DNA of 63,940 nt, filler included, from an uncultured bacterium (lineage in GTDB: Bacteria > CAYJRR01), in the NCBI GenBank assembly GCA_964372275.1. It is 6 parts of 6 records of this genome, joined end to end, with 100 filler letters (N's around TTAATTAATTAA, not from the genome) between each part and the next. Parts side by side here need not be neighbours in the genome. Positions count along the whole stretch, not along the records: positions 24,249 to 36,158 come from CAYJRR010000136.1; positions 36,259 to 47,658 come from CAYJRR010000138.1; 4 more parts are not named here. One strand, 5' to 3'. Below the pieces are notes generated by a model. That model saw only the letters and a program-made list of their open reading frames with translations, was not told where the DNA came from and did not search any database. Shown here piece after piece: positions 29,571 through 39,237 of this stretch; the first letter of the stretch is position 1, and each line of letters opens with the position of its first letter. The position numbers were made by a program, and so were the translations under genes.

Positions 29571-30673
29571 TCGTGATCCTCAAGCCGGACGTCGCGCCGG
29601 ACGGACCCGAGGTGCAGGAGCTGCTCGCCGTCGCGGCTCGCTACCCGAAGATCCACGCCAAGGTCCACACCTATCGCGGACAGACCCACACGCTCACCGA
29701 GGTCCACCTGCTGGGGGAGACGAAGGTGGTGCCGAGCGAGCCGTTCGCCGAACGGCCGTACGTCGCGCAGGTGGTCCGCGTCTCCGAGAAGTACCGCATC
29801 CTCGGCCGGCACCAGGGGCAGGTCGAAGCCCTGGGGTTCGACTACAACGGCGTGCGCTTCGGGCAGGAGACGCTGCACGTCTTTCCCGGTCTGTGCGCCG
29901 TCGACACCCGCGAGAACGTGGAGCGCACCTTCCGGGCGATCGCCGAGGCCGGCCTGTCGACCGCGCGGATGGGGGCCTACAAGCCGCGGACCAGCCCCTA
30001 CGACTTCCAGGGGCTGGGCTCGGAGTGCCTGCCGTGGGTCTTCGAGCTCGCGGGTCGGAACGGGATCCGCGTGGTGGCGATGGAGATCCTGCGCGAGCGG
30101 CACCTGGACGAGGTGCGCGAGGCGCTCCGCGCCTCGGGCGGCGCCACCGGCGTGATGCTGCAGATCGGAACCCGCAACGCGCAGAACTTCGAGCTGTTGA
30201 AGGCGGTGGGGCAGCAGCGGGAGTTGCCGGTGCTCTACAAGCGCGGGATGGGGATCACCCTGGAGGAGGCGCTCAACGCTTGCGAGTACATCGCCAGCGA
30301 AGGGAACCGCCAGATCGTCTTCTGCCTGCGGGGCGTGAAGAGCCATCTGGGGGAGCCGCACCGCAACCTGATCGACTTCTCCCACGTGCCGGTGGTCAAG
30401 CGCCTGACGCGCCTCCCCGTCTGCGTCGACCCGTCGCACTCCGCGGGGCGGCGGACGAAGGCCGCCGACGGACTGACCGATGTGCACCACGCGACCGCGG
30501 AAGGGGTGATCCTCGGCGCCAACATGGTGCTCGTCGACTTCCACCCCGACCCGGACCGGGCGCTCTGCGACGGGCCGCAGGCGCTCACGCTGGAGGAGCT
30601 GCCGGCGTACCTCGAGGACGTGCGCATCGTCCGCGAGGCCTACCTCCGCCGCACGGCGAGCCCTCCGCGGTAG
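29567..30673 (+). CDS. aroF: DAHP synthase, type I-beta with N-terminal regulatory domain
   Basis: KPRTSPYDFQGLG, QIGTRNAQNF, YKRG, VDPSHS, ALCDGPQ. Confidence 0.9.
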   Translation: MIVILKPDVAPDGPEVQELLAVAARYPKIHAKVHTYRGQTHTLTEVHLLGETKVVPSEPFAERPYVAQVVRVSEKYRILGRHQGQVEALGFDYNGVRFGQETLHVFPGLCAVDTRENVERTFRAIAEAGLSTARMGAYKPRTSPYDFQGLGSECLPWVFELAGRNGIRVVAMEILRERHLDEVREALRASGGATGVMLQIGTRNAQNFELLKAVGQQRELPVLYKRGMGITLEEALNACEYIASEGNRQIVFCLRGVKSHLGEPHRNLIDFSHVPVVKRLTRLPVCVDPSHSAGRRTKAADGLTDVHHATAEGVILGANMVLVDFHPDPDRALCDGPQALTLEELPAYLEDVRIVREAYLRRTASPPR

Positions 30674-30793
30674 CGCCCCGCAGACCGAATCCCGTTCCCG
30701 GAGCGCCGTGTCGGCGGACGCGAAGGATCTGCGCCGGCTTTGCGCTTCCGCACGCAGATTGCGGGGAGTAAGGAGCCGTGCGGAGACCCGCAC

Positions 30794-32272
30794 GTGGACG
30801 CGTCCCAACCGAAGAAACTCTCCCTCCGAACGCTCAACGTGGCGTCGGCCGTGCTGCTGGGGGCCCTGATCGCCGGTCACGCGGTGGCGCTCGTCTGGAC
30901 GTCCCGGGCCGTTCGGCGCGCGTCGGTGAGCCTGGAGCGCGATGTGGCCTCGGTCGAGGCGACCCATCAGCTCGAGCGGACGGTACGCGAATATCACCGG
31001 ATCGGTAACGCCTGGCTGCGGACCCGTGACCCCGGCATCCGGGCGGCCCGTGCCGATCTCGAGCCGGCGTTGCGCGACCTGCGGACCGAGGTGGCGACGT
31101 TCGTCGTGGACGACGCCGAGCGAACGCTCTTCGACCGGTTCGACGCCTCGTTCGCCGAGTATCGGTCGATGCGCCAGACGATCGAGGCCCGCCACCTCCC
31201 GGTCGAGCAGGTCGTGATGGCGGTCCACCCGTCGTTCGACCGGTCGCTGGCGGCGGTAGCCGAGCTCCGGCGCGTGAAGGAGTCGAAGCGGCGAACGAGC
31301 CGGGCGACCGCCGACCGAATGCTCCGTCTGCAGAACCGCGTCGTGCTCGGCTCCGCGCTCCTCCTGCTCCTGGGATTGGCGGTCGTGGCATCGGGCATCC
31401 ACCGTCTCATTCTGCGGCCGATTCTGAATCTCCAGGAGGCGGTCCGGCAGTTCCGGTCGGGCGCGCCCGGCGTCCAGGTGTCGGGTGGCGTCCTCGCGGA
31501 GACGCACGAGCTGGCCGACCGCTTCAACGAGATGACGGCGTCGATCGGCGAGCAGCGCCAGGACCAGCTCACCTTCCTGGCCGCCGTCGCCCACGACCTT
31601 CGCAACCCACTCTCGGCCCTCAAGTTGATCGTGCAGACCCTCGAGCGCGACCCGGCCCTGGCGACGCCCGACCGATTCCGGCGACTCGATCGTCAACTCG
31701 ACCGCCTCACCCGGATGGTCGGCGATCTCCTCGACGCCACGCGGATCGAATCCGGGCACCTCGAGCTCGCGCTCGAAGAGTTCGATCTTCGTACCGTCGC
31801 GCAGTCGATGGTCGATCTCTACGGTCCCACGACGACGCACCGTCTGACGTTGACGGCGCCGGAACGACCGCTCTTCGTCCGCGGCGATCCGCTCCGGCTC
31901 GAGCAGGTCGTCGGCAACCTCCTCAGCAACGCCATCAAGTACTCCCCGGCCGGCGGTCCCGTCGACGTTGTCCTCGCGGCCGCGGGGGCCGATGCGACGC
32001 TCTCGGTGTCGGACCGGGGTCCCGGCATCGCGCGCGAGGAGTTGCCGGCCCTGTTCCTTCCGTTCCGCCGGCGGCCGGCGAACGCGTCGATCCGGGGCGT
32101 AGGTCTCGGGCTTTCGATCGTGCGGCGGATCGTCGACGCGCACGGCGGCCGGATCGAGGTCGAAAGCGAGCCGAACGCCGGCTCGACCTTCCGGGTGCGG
32201 CTGCCGCTCGCGGTCCGCGCCGGCCGGGAGACCGAGGTCCGACCCGCACCCGAGGAGTCGGCGCACCCGTGA
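30794..32272 (+). CDS. Membrane sensor histidine kinase (HAMP, HisKA, HATPase)
   Basis: Two TM segments; VAHDLRNPL H-box; NLLSNAIKYS; DRGPGI; GVGLGLSIV; start approximate. Confidence 0.93.
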   Translation: MDASQPKKLSLRTLNVASAVLLGALIAGHAVALVWTSRAVRRASVSLERDVASVEATHQLERTVREYHRIGNAWLRTRDPGIRAARADLEPALRDLRTEVATFVVDDAERTLFDRFDASFAEYRSMRQTIEARHLPVEQVVMAVHPSFDRSLAAVAELRRVKESKRRTSRATADRMLRLQNRVVLGSALLLLLGLAVVASGIHRLILRPILNLQEAVRQFRSGAPGVQVSGGVLAETHELADRFNEMTASIGEQRQDQLTFLAAVAHDLRNPLSALKLIVQTLERDPALATPDRFRRLDRQLDRLTRMVGDLLDATRIESGHLELALEEFDLRTVAQSMVDLYGPTTTHRLTLTAPERPLFVRGDPLRLEQVVGNLLSNAIKYSPAGGPVDVVLAAAGADATLSVSDRGPGIAREELPALFLPFRRRPANASIRGVGLGLSIVRRIVDAHGGRIEVESEPNAGSTFRVRLPLAVRAGRETEVRPAPEESAHP

Positions 32273-32276
32273 CGCT

Positions 32277-33299
32277 CTAGGCCAAACCGGCGTTGAGCGG
32301 GGGACCGATCAGCCGGGTGGCGGCGACCGGCAGCCGTTTCCAGAGCTCGATCCAGGGTCGATAGCGCGGATTCATCGGGTTCAGGTCGGGGAGCGCCGCC
32401 CCCTCCGGCAGGAGGTACTGGTAGGCGAGCGGTTCGGGCGCGATCCCCCAGTGGCTCTTGGCGTCGAAGGCGCCGGTCCCGCGCTTGCTGCGTCCGAGAT
32501 CGTAGGTGTCGCAGCCGCGCTCGTGCGCCATTCGCAGGATCCGACCGTAGAGGGCGACCTGCGTACGAACCTTGTAGTTCTCGCGCGGCACGGCGGTGTA
32601 GAACGACATCAGCGTGCGCCCGGCCTGGAACAGCATCGCCGCGCCGAGCCACTCCCCCTCCTGGCGCGCGCCGAGAAGCACGCCGCGCGCGCCGAGGTTG
32701 CGGCGTAGCGATTCGAACCAGCGGAAGGGGAACGGCGGTGTTCCGTGCGTCCGGAGCGCGCGGAGATGCAGCCGGTAGAAGGTCGAAAGGTCGATCCCCT
32801 CGTCGAAGCGGAACTTCGATTCGGCGCGACGCAGCTCCTGGCGCATCTTGGTCGTCAGGCGCCGCATCGTCGAGTCGAGGTCGGGTCCGAGCGGCAGGCG
32901 GAAGGTGACGTAGAGCCCCTCCTTGGTCGGGGCCGAGAGGATCGCCGCTCGCCGGCTCTTCAACTCCACGTAGGCGGCGCGGCGGTCGCCGGCGAGCCGA
33001 CGGGCGGCGTCGGCGAGCGCGTCGGCCGCCGCCGCGCCGTCGGCGAGGATCCCACCGTAGGTTCCGAAGGCGGTCGACACCAGCCGACTCCCGAAGAGGA
33101 GGCTCCTCACGTGGAACAGCGGCAGGACCCCGATCGTCCGACCGTCCATCCGCGCCGCGAGCAGGATCGCCTCGTGCCCGTAGGTCTCGCGCACCGACTG
33201 CGTCCAGGCCGATTCGTGGAAGATCGAGCCGTCGGGATGGCGGCGCACGTAGTCGTCCCAGGAGGCATCGCCGGGTGGGGCAGCGGAGACGATTTCCAT
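32277..33299 (-). CDS. FemAB-related GNAT protein (XrtA/PEP-CTERM system-associated type)
   Basis: WDDYV..HPDGSIFH..W, LFGSRLVS..YGG, HGTPPFP, YDLGRSK..TGAF..K..WG, LNPMNPRY..WKRLP. Confidence 0.88.
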   Translation of the reverse strand: MEIVSAAPPGDASWDDYVRRHPDGSIFHESAWTQSVRETYGHEAILLAARMDGRTIGVLPLFHVRSLLFGSRLVSTAFGTYGGILADGAAAADALADAARRLAGDRRAAYVELKSRRAAILSAPTKEGLYVTFRLPLGPDLDSTMRRLTTKMRQELRRAESKFRFDEGIDLSTFYRLHLRALRTHGTPPFPFRWFESLRRNLGARGVLLGARQEGEWLGAAMLFQAGRTLMSFYTAVPRENYKVRTQVALYGRILRMAHERGCDTYDLGRSKRGTGAFDAKSHWGIAPEPLAYQYLLPEGAALPDLNPMNPRYRPWIELWKRLPVAATRLIGPPLNAGLA

Positions 33300-33345
33300 G
33301 GAGACAGATCTAGGAACCGCCGGCCGGCGGGCAACGCGCCGTCGA

Positions 33346-33375
33346 TTGCCAGGGCGATGCGCACTGGGCTATATA
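33346..33375 (+). promoter_or_regulatory. Putative sigma-70-type promoter for glpX
   Basis: TTGCCA-N18-TATATA; the -10 lies within the palindrome GGGCTATATAGCCC. Confidence 0.4.
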
Positions 33376-33399
33376 GCCCGCTCCCTCCGGAGGCTCCCG

Positions 33400-34353
33400 A
33401 TGGACCGCAACCTGGCGCTCGAGTTCGTACGCGTCACCGAAGCGGCCGCCATGAACGCGGCGCGTCTGATGGGACGCGGAAACGAGAAGGCCGCCGACCA
33501 GGCCGCGGTCGACGCCATGCGCCGCACCCTCGACTCGATCGACATCGAAGGGACGGTGGTGATCGGAGAGGGGGAGCGGGACGAGGCGCCGATGCTCTAC
33601 ATCGGCGAGTCGGTCGGCAACCGCAAGGGCCCCAAGGTCGACATCGCGCTCGACCCGCTCGAGGGAACGACGCTCACGGCCACCGGGGGACCGAACGCGC
33701 TCGCCGTCATCGCCATCGCCGAGAAGGGCGGGTTCCTGCACGCCCCCGACACCTACATGGAGAAGATCGCGGTCGGTCCGGCGGGGAGGGGCGCGATCTC
33801 GATCGACGCCAGCCCGACGGAGAATCTGCGCGAGCTGTCGAAGGCGATGAAGACCGCCGTCGAGGACCTGACGGTGGTGATCCTGAACCGGCCGCGCCAC
33901 GAAGAGATCATCCGCGAGGTGCGGGAAACCGGCGCCCGGATCAAGCTGATCACCGACGGCGACATCTCGGCGGCGATCGCCACCTGCCTGCCGAGCTCCG
34001 GCGTCGACCTCCTGATCGGGATCGGCGGCGCGCCGGAAGGGGTGATCGCCGCGGCGGCGCTGCGCTGCATGGGGGGCGCGATCCAGGGACGCCTCAAGTT
34101 CCGCAACGAAGGGGAGCGGGCGCGCGCCGCGAAGATGGGGATCGCCGACGGCGCGAAGGTCTACGACACCGACAGCCTCGCCGGCGGCAGCGTCATGTTC
34201 GCCGCCACCGGCGTCACCGATGGCGACATGCTGCGCGGCGTCCGATTCCACGGCGGCGGCGCCCGGACGCACTCCATCGTGATGCGCAGCAAGACGATGA
34301 CGATCCGCACCATCGAAGCGTCGCACCAGTTCGACCGAAAGCCCGTCTACTAG
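33400..34353 (+). CDS. glpX: Class II fructose-1,6-bisphosphatase
   Basis: MDRNLALEFVRVTEAAA, VVIGEGERDEAPMLYIGE, DPLEGT, YMEKI, GIGGAPEGV, FAATGVTDG. Confidence 0.97.
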   Translation: MDRNLALEFVRVTEAAAMNAARLMGRGNEKAADQAAVDAMRRTLDSIDIEGTVVIGEGERDEAPMLYIGESVGNRKGPKVDIALDPLEGTTLTATGGPNALAVIAIAEKGGFLHAPDTYMEKIAVGPAGRGAISIDASPTENLRELSKAMKTAVEDLTVVILNRPRHEEIIREVRETGARIKLITDGDISAAIATCLPSSGVDLLIGIGGAPEGVIAAAALRCMGGAIQGRLKFRNEGERARAAKMGIADGAKVYDTDSLAGGSVMFAATGVTDGDMLRGVRFHGGGARTHSIVMRSKTMTIRTIEASHQFDRKPVY

Positions 34354-34377
34354 AAAGGTCCTTCCCCGAGAACTCCC

Positions 34378-34845
34378 ATGCCGAGCGCCTCCCAGAGCAT
34401 CGTCGTCAACGTCCCCCCGGACCACTTCTTCGAGACGATCACCGACTTCGCCTCCTATCCGGAGTTCATCCCGGAAACGGTCGGCGTCGAGATCCTCAAG
34501 TCCTCCAAGAAGAAGAGCGGCCGGGTCAGCGACGTCCGCTTCAGCATCAAGGTCATCAAGAGGGTCGACTACGTCCTTCGACTCACCGAGGAACCGCTCG
34601 AGCGCATGAGCTGGGAGTTGGTGGAAGGGGACCTGTTCAAGAAGAACAGCGGGAGCTGGGAGCTGAAGTCCGCGGGGAAGAACAAGACCGAGGCGACCTA
34701 CACCGTCGACGTGGCGATGAACATCTTCGTTCCCCAGGCGATCACCAACATGCTGGTCGGCTCGAACCTGCCGAAGATGCTCGGGCAGATGAAGGCGCGC
34801 GCCGAGGGGACCTGGGACAAATCGCCGGCCCGGAAGAAAGGCTAG
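34378..34845 (+). CDS. SRPBCC/START-family protein (RatA/Coq10-like)
   Basis: ITDFASYPEFIP, SWELVEGDLFKKNSGSWEL. Confidence 0.85.
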   Translation: MPSASQSIVVNVPPDHFFETITDFASYPEFIPETVGVEILKSSKKKSGRVSDVRFSIKVIKRVDYVLRLTEEPLERMSWELVEGDLFKKNSGSWELKSAGKNKTEATYTVDVAMNIFVPQAITNMLVGSNLPKMLGQMKARAEGTWDKSPARKKG

Positions 34846-34946
34846 GGGGTATGGGGAAGGCCCCCAAGGAGCGGCGTGACGAGCGACTCTTCGCCGTGGC
34901 GAACGCTCCTGGCGCCCCGAAGGTATACTCGTTCGGACATTCACAG

Positions 34947-35021
34947 GGCACCGTACCCAAGTGGTAAGGGAGCGGTCTGCAAAACCGCCATGCACCGGTT
35001 CGAATCCGGTCGGTGCCTCCA
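34947..35021 (+). tRNA. tRNA-Cys (GCA)
   Basis: Acceptor stem GGCACCG/CGGTGCC, anticodon loop CTGCAAA, T-arm GGTTCGAATCC, discriminator T, encoded CCA; TATACT at 34924-34929 upstream. Confidence 0.96.
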
Positions 35022-35048
35022 ACACCAAGCGGAAGCGCGAGACGATCG

Positions 35049-36158
35049 ATGGCCGAAGCCGGTTCCCACGCGAGCGCCGCCGGATCCGCCTCCTCGAGGG
35101 CGGCGTTCCTGCGCATCCGGCGCGGCGACCGCGTCCTGTCCGACGTGCCGCTCGGCCGGGGCCGCTTCCTGGTCGGCGGCGGGATCACGGCGCAGCTTCG
35201 CCTGAAGAACGCCGGGCTTCCGGACGAGTGCCTGGTCCTCGACACGCAGGCGACGCCCCTTTCGGTCGAGGGGCGACTGCCGGCGGCCGACCTTCGCCTG
35301 AACGGCGCCCCGTTCCCGCCGGGCGCACCGAGGCCGCTCGCCGAAGGGGACCGCTTGGAGTTCGCGGGGCTGATCCTCGAGCTGCACGACATCGCCGTCC
35401 CCACGCCGGAGCGGCCCTCGTCGGCCGGCGCCGCCGCCCCGGGCCCCACGGCGAAATTCACCACCGGCCGGTACGGGAGCGACGCCCCGGCGCCGGCCTC
35501 CCACGTCCCCAGCCCCCCGACGGTGGCGCCGCCCCCGCCGGCGCCATCGCCCCGGCCGCCTCCTCCCCCGACGCCGGTCCCGACGCCGCCCACCGTCGCG
35601 CCGAGGCCATCGCCGGCGGGTACGGCGTCGACGATCGATCCGCTCGCGGCGGTCCCGGTCGAGGCGTGGGAACGGACCGAGATCTCGCTCGCGATCGCCG
35701 ATCCCGGCGCCGACCGCAAGACGGGTGAGACGGGGATCTCGCAGAAGCCCTGGCTCGAGTACCTCGGCGGCGAAGGGGCGGCCGACGATCGACTCACGAT
35801 CGGCCGGAACGGTCTGATCGCCGGACGAAAAGGGGAGCTCGGGGTCCGACACCCGTCGATCTCGAAGAAGCACGCGCGATTCGACTGGCGCGCCGGACGA
35901 CTCGAGGTCGAGGACCTGAAGTCGACCAACGGCGTCTGGGTCAATCGCAACCGCATCGAAGGGCGGTCGGTGCTGAAGGACGGCGACGTCCTCCACCTGG
36001 GATCGGTCGAGTTCCGTGTCCACCTCCCGGCCGATCCGGACGACACGTCGCTGTCGGTCGCCACCCAGACGCGATCCACGCCGCGGCCGGTACCGGAGGG
36101 GGCAATCGTTCCCGACGGTCCCGAGCTCGCGGAGCCGACCGATCCGTCGATCGGGAAC
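35049..36158 (+). CDS. FHA-domain protein with Pro-rich linker, C-terminus truncated
   Basis: IAGR..HPSISKKHARF..VEDLKSTNGVWVN..LKDGDVLHLG; degenerate FHA-like N-terminal domain (LAEGDRLEF). Confidence 0.88.
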
Positions 36159-36258
36159 NNNNNNNNNNNNNNNNNNNNNNNNNNNNNNNNNNNNNNNNNN
36201 NNTTAATTAATTAANNNNNNNNNNNNNNNNNNNNNNNNNNNNNNNNNNNNNNNNNNNN
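36159..36258. other. Artificial contig linker
   Basis: N-run + TTAATTAATTAA (36203-36214) + N-run. Confidence 0.97.
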
Positions 36259-36298
36259 CCGGGGCATTTTTGGGCCGTACCTCTTCGGCCCGTATAAC

Positions 36299-37213
36299 TT
36301 ACACCAAGACTATTGGGTCGCCGCTTCTTACACCCGCCGTTCGGGGTGCGGCGCGCGCGCGCTCGACCCGACAAGTCGCTCCCGTGTCCAGGTCGACGAG
36401 ATAGCTTTCCATGCGCTGCGCCGCCGGGTAGTCCTTCTGGCGGTCCGGCGGGACGTTGCTCCAGAACAGCGCGGTTCTCGAATTGGCAAAGGTTCCGACG
36501 AACGCGCCGGGATTCGTGGGGAATGCGATCGAACCCATTCGATTGCCGTTCCTGTCGGTGAAGGTGGCAACCGGTTCGCTCGGGAGGACGTCGATCCGTA
36601 CGCCGGTGGCCGGGTCGGGATTCGGTGGGAAGGCCGGGTGGGAATCGAGCCCCCCCCGCGGCCGGGCGGTCGTCAACTCGGCGCCTGCGGCCGGCCCCCA
36701 GCGTCCGTCCGCAGGGGAGAAGCGGAGCCCTGCGCGCGCGCCCGATCGAGGCTCGCTCCACACCACCAGGAAATCGTCCCCCGAGGGGGTCGTGAACAGG
36801 TCGGTGTAGCGCGGAAACGACCCGGGTCGATCGCCGAGCCCGGCCCGGGACGCGGGCAGGCGCCGTCGCGTCGAGAGATCGACGCGAATCGCATCGACGG
36901 AGAGGGCCCGCGCCGCAGGGTCGACTTCCGGAACGAAGAGGATCAGGAGATCGCCGCGAAGGTAGGCGTTCGCGGGAACGGCCCAGGAGAGGGGCTCCCA
37001 GCGCCAGTTGGGATAGGGGGCCCCCACGTCGACGTCGAGCTCGAACACGGCGGGGCGCGACCCGCAATCGCCGATGACGTCGGGGGGGGCGAAGACCGGG
37101 AACCGACCCACGACCGCAGGCGGGGACGGAAGGCGGCACGCTCCGGCGGTCACCGCCACCACCATGCCGAGCGCGACGCCGCCTCCTCTCATGCCGATAC
37201 GGTCGAATAGCAT
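36299..37213 (-). CDS. Hypothetical lipoprotein
   Basis: Hydrophobic segment ending AGAC; start uncertain (37213, 37192 or later). Confidence 0.55.
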   Translation of the reverse strand: MLFDRIGMRGGGVALGMVVAVTAGACRLPSPPAVVGRFPVFAPPDVIGDCGSRPAVFELDVDVGAPYPNWRWEPLSWAVPANAYLRGDLLILFVPEVDPAARALSVDAIRVDLSTRRRLPASRAGLGDRPGSFPRYTDLFTTPSGDDFLVVWSEPRSGARAGLRFSPADGRWGPAAGAELTTARPRGGLDSHPAFPPNPDPATGVRIDVLPSEPVATFTDRNGNRMGSIAFPTNPGAFVGTFANSRTALFWSNVPPDRQKDYPAAQRMESYLVDLDTGATCRVERARAAPRTAGVRSGDPIVLV

Positions 37214-37343
37214 GGTGTTGCTCGCGGCCGCCACGATAGTCCTGCGCCCCACCCGATCCCGATCGCGCCGACGAGCGACAGGGGTCCGCTCCGGACCGCC
37301 GGCTTGCCCGGAAGGCCGACGCGCGCTATCGATTTGGCCAACG

Positions 37344-38186
37344 ATGAACCAGCTCAAGACCCTCCTCCTCCTCGGCGTCCTCGCGGCCCTCCTCGTCGGA
37401 CTGGGCGGCGTCATCGACCCACGCTTCGTGCACCTCTACGCGGCGATGGCGCTGCTGATGAACCTCGGCGCCTACTTCTTCTCCGACCGGATCGTGCTGG
37501 CGATGCACCGCGCACGGGAGGTCGCCCCGCACGAGGCGCCGAGGCTGCACGCCATCGTGGAGGAGCTGAGCCAGCGTGCCGGCATCCCGCGGCCGCGGCT
37601 GTACGCCGTTCCCGGCGCGAGCCCGAACGCCTTCGCCACCGGCCGCAATCCGAAGAACGGCGTGGTCGCGGTCACCGAAGGGATCGTGCAGCTGCTCGAC
37701 GAGCGCGAGCTGCGGGGGGTCCTGGCCCACGAGATCGCGCACATCAAGAACCGCGACATCCTGGTGGCGACGATCGCGGCGGCGATCGCGGCGGCAATCA
37801 CCTACATCGCCCACGCCCTGCAATGGGGGGCGATCTTCGGCGGGCACGGACGGAACGACGAGGACCGAGGATCGCCTCTCGGCGCGCTGGCGCTCGCCTT
37901 CGTGGCGCCGATCGCGGCGATGTTGATCCAGCTCGGGATCTCCCGTTCGCGCGAATACCTCGCCGACGAGACCGGAGCCCGCCTCGCCGGCGACCCCGAA
38001 TCGCTGGCGCGCGCGCTGGAGAAGCTCCACCTCGGAACGAGTCGCTTCCCGATGCACGTCGAACCGGCGACGGCGAGCCTGTTCATCGTGAGCCCGCTCG
38101 GCGGGCGCCGCTCCTGGCTGTCGCTCTTCTCCACGCACCCCGACGTCGAGGAGCGGGTGCGGCGGCTGCGCGCGCTCGTCCTCTAG
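37344..38186 (+). CDS. htpX: Zinc metalloprotease HtpX (M48)
   Basis: MNQLKT, PNAFATGRNP, GVLAHEIAH (HExxH), ISRSREYLAD, FSTHP. Confidence 0.95.
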   Translation: MNQLKTLLLLGVLAALLVGLGGVIDPRFVHLYAAMALLMNLGAYFFSDRIVLAMHRAREVAPHEAPRLHAIVEELSQRAGIPRPRLYAVPGASPNAFATGRNPKNGVVAVTEGIVQLLDERELRGVLAHEIAHIKNRDILVATIAAAIAAAITYIAHALQWGAIFGGHGRNDEDRGSPLGALALAFVAPIAAMLIQLGISRSREYLADETGARLAGDPESLARALEKLHLGTSRFPMHVEPATASLFIVSPLGGRRSWLSLFSTHPDVEERVRRLRALVL

Positions 38187-38192
38187 CAGCCG

Positions 38193-38402
38193 ATGATTCG
38201 CAAGGCGGTCGTCTTCGTCCTGGGCGGCGCGGTGCTGGCGTTCGGGATCGCGCTCCTGTTCCTGCCGGGCCCGGCGTTCGTGGTGATCCCGATCGGGCTC
38301 GGCCTGCTCGCCACCGAATTCGACTGGGCCAAACGGCTCCTGCGCCGCGTGCGGGACGAGATCCGCGCGCGCCTCGACCGGGGCCGCGCCGGCCGCCCGT
38401 GA
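38193..38402 (+). CDS. PGPGW-family small membrane protein
   Basis: LFLPGPAFVVIPIGLGLLATEFDWAKRLL. Confidence 0.85.
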   Translation: MIRKAVVFVLGGAVLAFGIALLFLPGPAFVVIPIGLGLLATEFDWAKRLLRRVRDEIRARLDRGRAGRP

Positions 38403-38458
38403 TGGCGTCGATGCGCAGACGCGCGCTACGATCCTCCCGACGCTCAGACGGGGGGCTC

Positions 38459-39235
38459 ATGGCACGACCGACGGCATTGATCACCGGCGCTTCGATGGGG
38501 CTCGGGCGGGAGTTCGCAGAGATCTTCGCGGCGGAGGGGCACGACCTGGTGGTCGTCGCCCGCTCGAAGGACAAGCTGGAGGCGCTGGCCAAGGAGATCC
38601 GCCAGCGTCACGGCGCGGAGGTGACGGTGCTGGCGGAGGACCTGACCGACCCCGCGGCGCCGGAGCGGATCGTGAAGGCGACGCAGGCGAAGAAGATCGC
38701 CGTCGACGTCCTGGTGAACAACGCCGGGTTCGGCTCGACCGGTCCCTTCTCGGCGCTCGACCGGAAGCGGGAGCTGGAGATGGTGCAGGTCAACATCGCC
38801 GCGCTGCTCGACCTCACCCACCGCTTCCTGCCGTCGATGCTCGAGCGCCGCCGCGGCCGGATCCTCAACGTCGGCTCGACCGCCGGTTTCCAGCCGGGGC
38901 CGTTCATGGCGACCTACTACGCCACCAAGGCGTTCGTGAACCACTTCACCGAGGCGCTCGCCTCCGAGCTGGAGGGGACCGGCGTCACCGCCACCGTGCT
39001 CTGCCCGGGCGCCACCGCGACCGAGTTCGCCAAGACGGCGCGCAACGACACCACCCTCCTCTTCCGCCTCTCCGTCGCCGATTCGCGGAAGGTCGCCCGC
39101 GATGGCTACCGCGCCGCGATGGCCGGCCGGGCAATGACGGTCTCCGGGCTGATCAACAAGGTCGGCGTGGTGTCGACGAAGCTGTCCCCCCGCTTCATGG
39201 TCCGCAAGATCACCCGCCGCCTGAATCGGAGCTGA
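38459..39235 (+). CDS. Short-chain dehydrogenase/reductase
   Basis: ITGASMGLG, LVNNAGFG, NVGS, YYATK (YxxxK), CPG. Confidence 0.93.
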   Translation: MARPTALITGASMGLGREFAEIFAAEGHDLVVVARSKDKLEALAKEIRQRHGAEVTVLAEDLTDPAAPERIVKATQAKKIAVDVLVNNAGFGSTGPFSALDRKRELEMVQVNIAALLDLTHRFLPSMLERRRGRILNVGSTAGFQPGPFMATYYATKAFVNHFTEALASELEGTGVTATVLCPGATATEFAKTARNDTTLLFRLSVADSRKVARDGYRAAMAGRAMTVSGLINKVGVVSTKLSPRFMVRKITRRLNRS

Positions 39236-39237
39236 CC

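Noticed and set aside
34947..35048. tRNA-Cys as a possible integration site
   Set aside because: No integrase or duplicated tRNA 3' end seen; the next gene starts 27 nt later.
35490..35620. Pro-rich repeats in the FHA protein (and the Lys-rich stretch at ~14500-14600)
   Set aside because: Ordinary low-complexity linkers with no regular DNA repeat unit.
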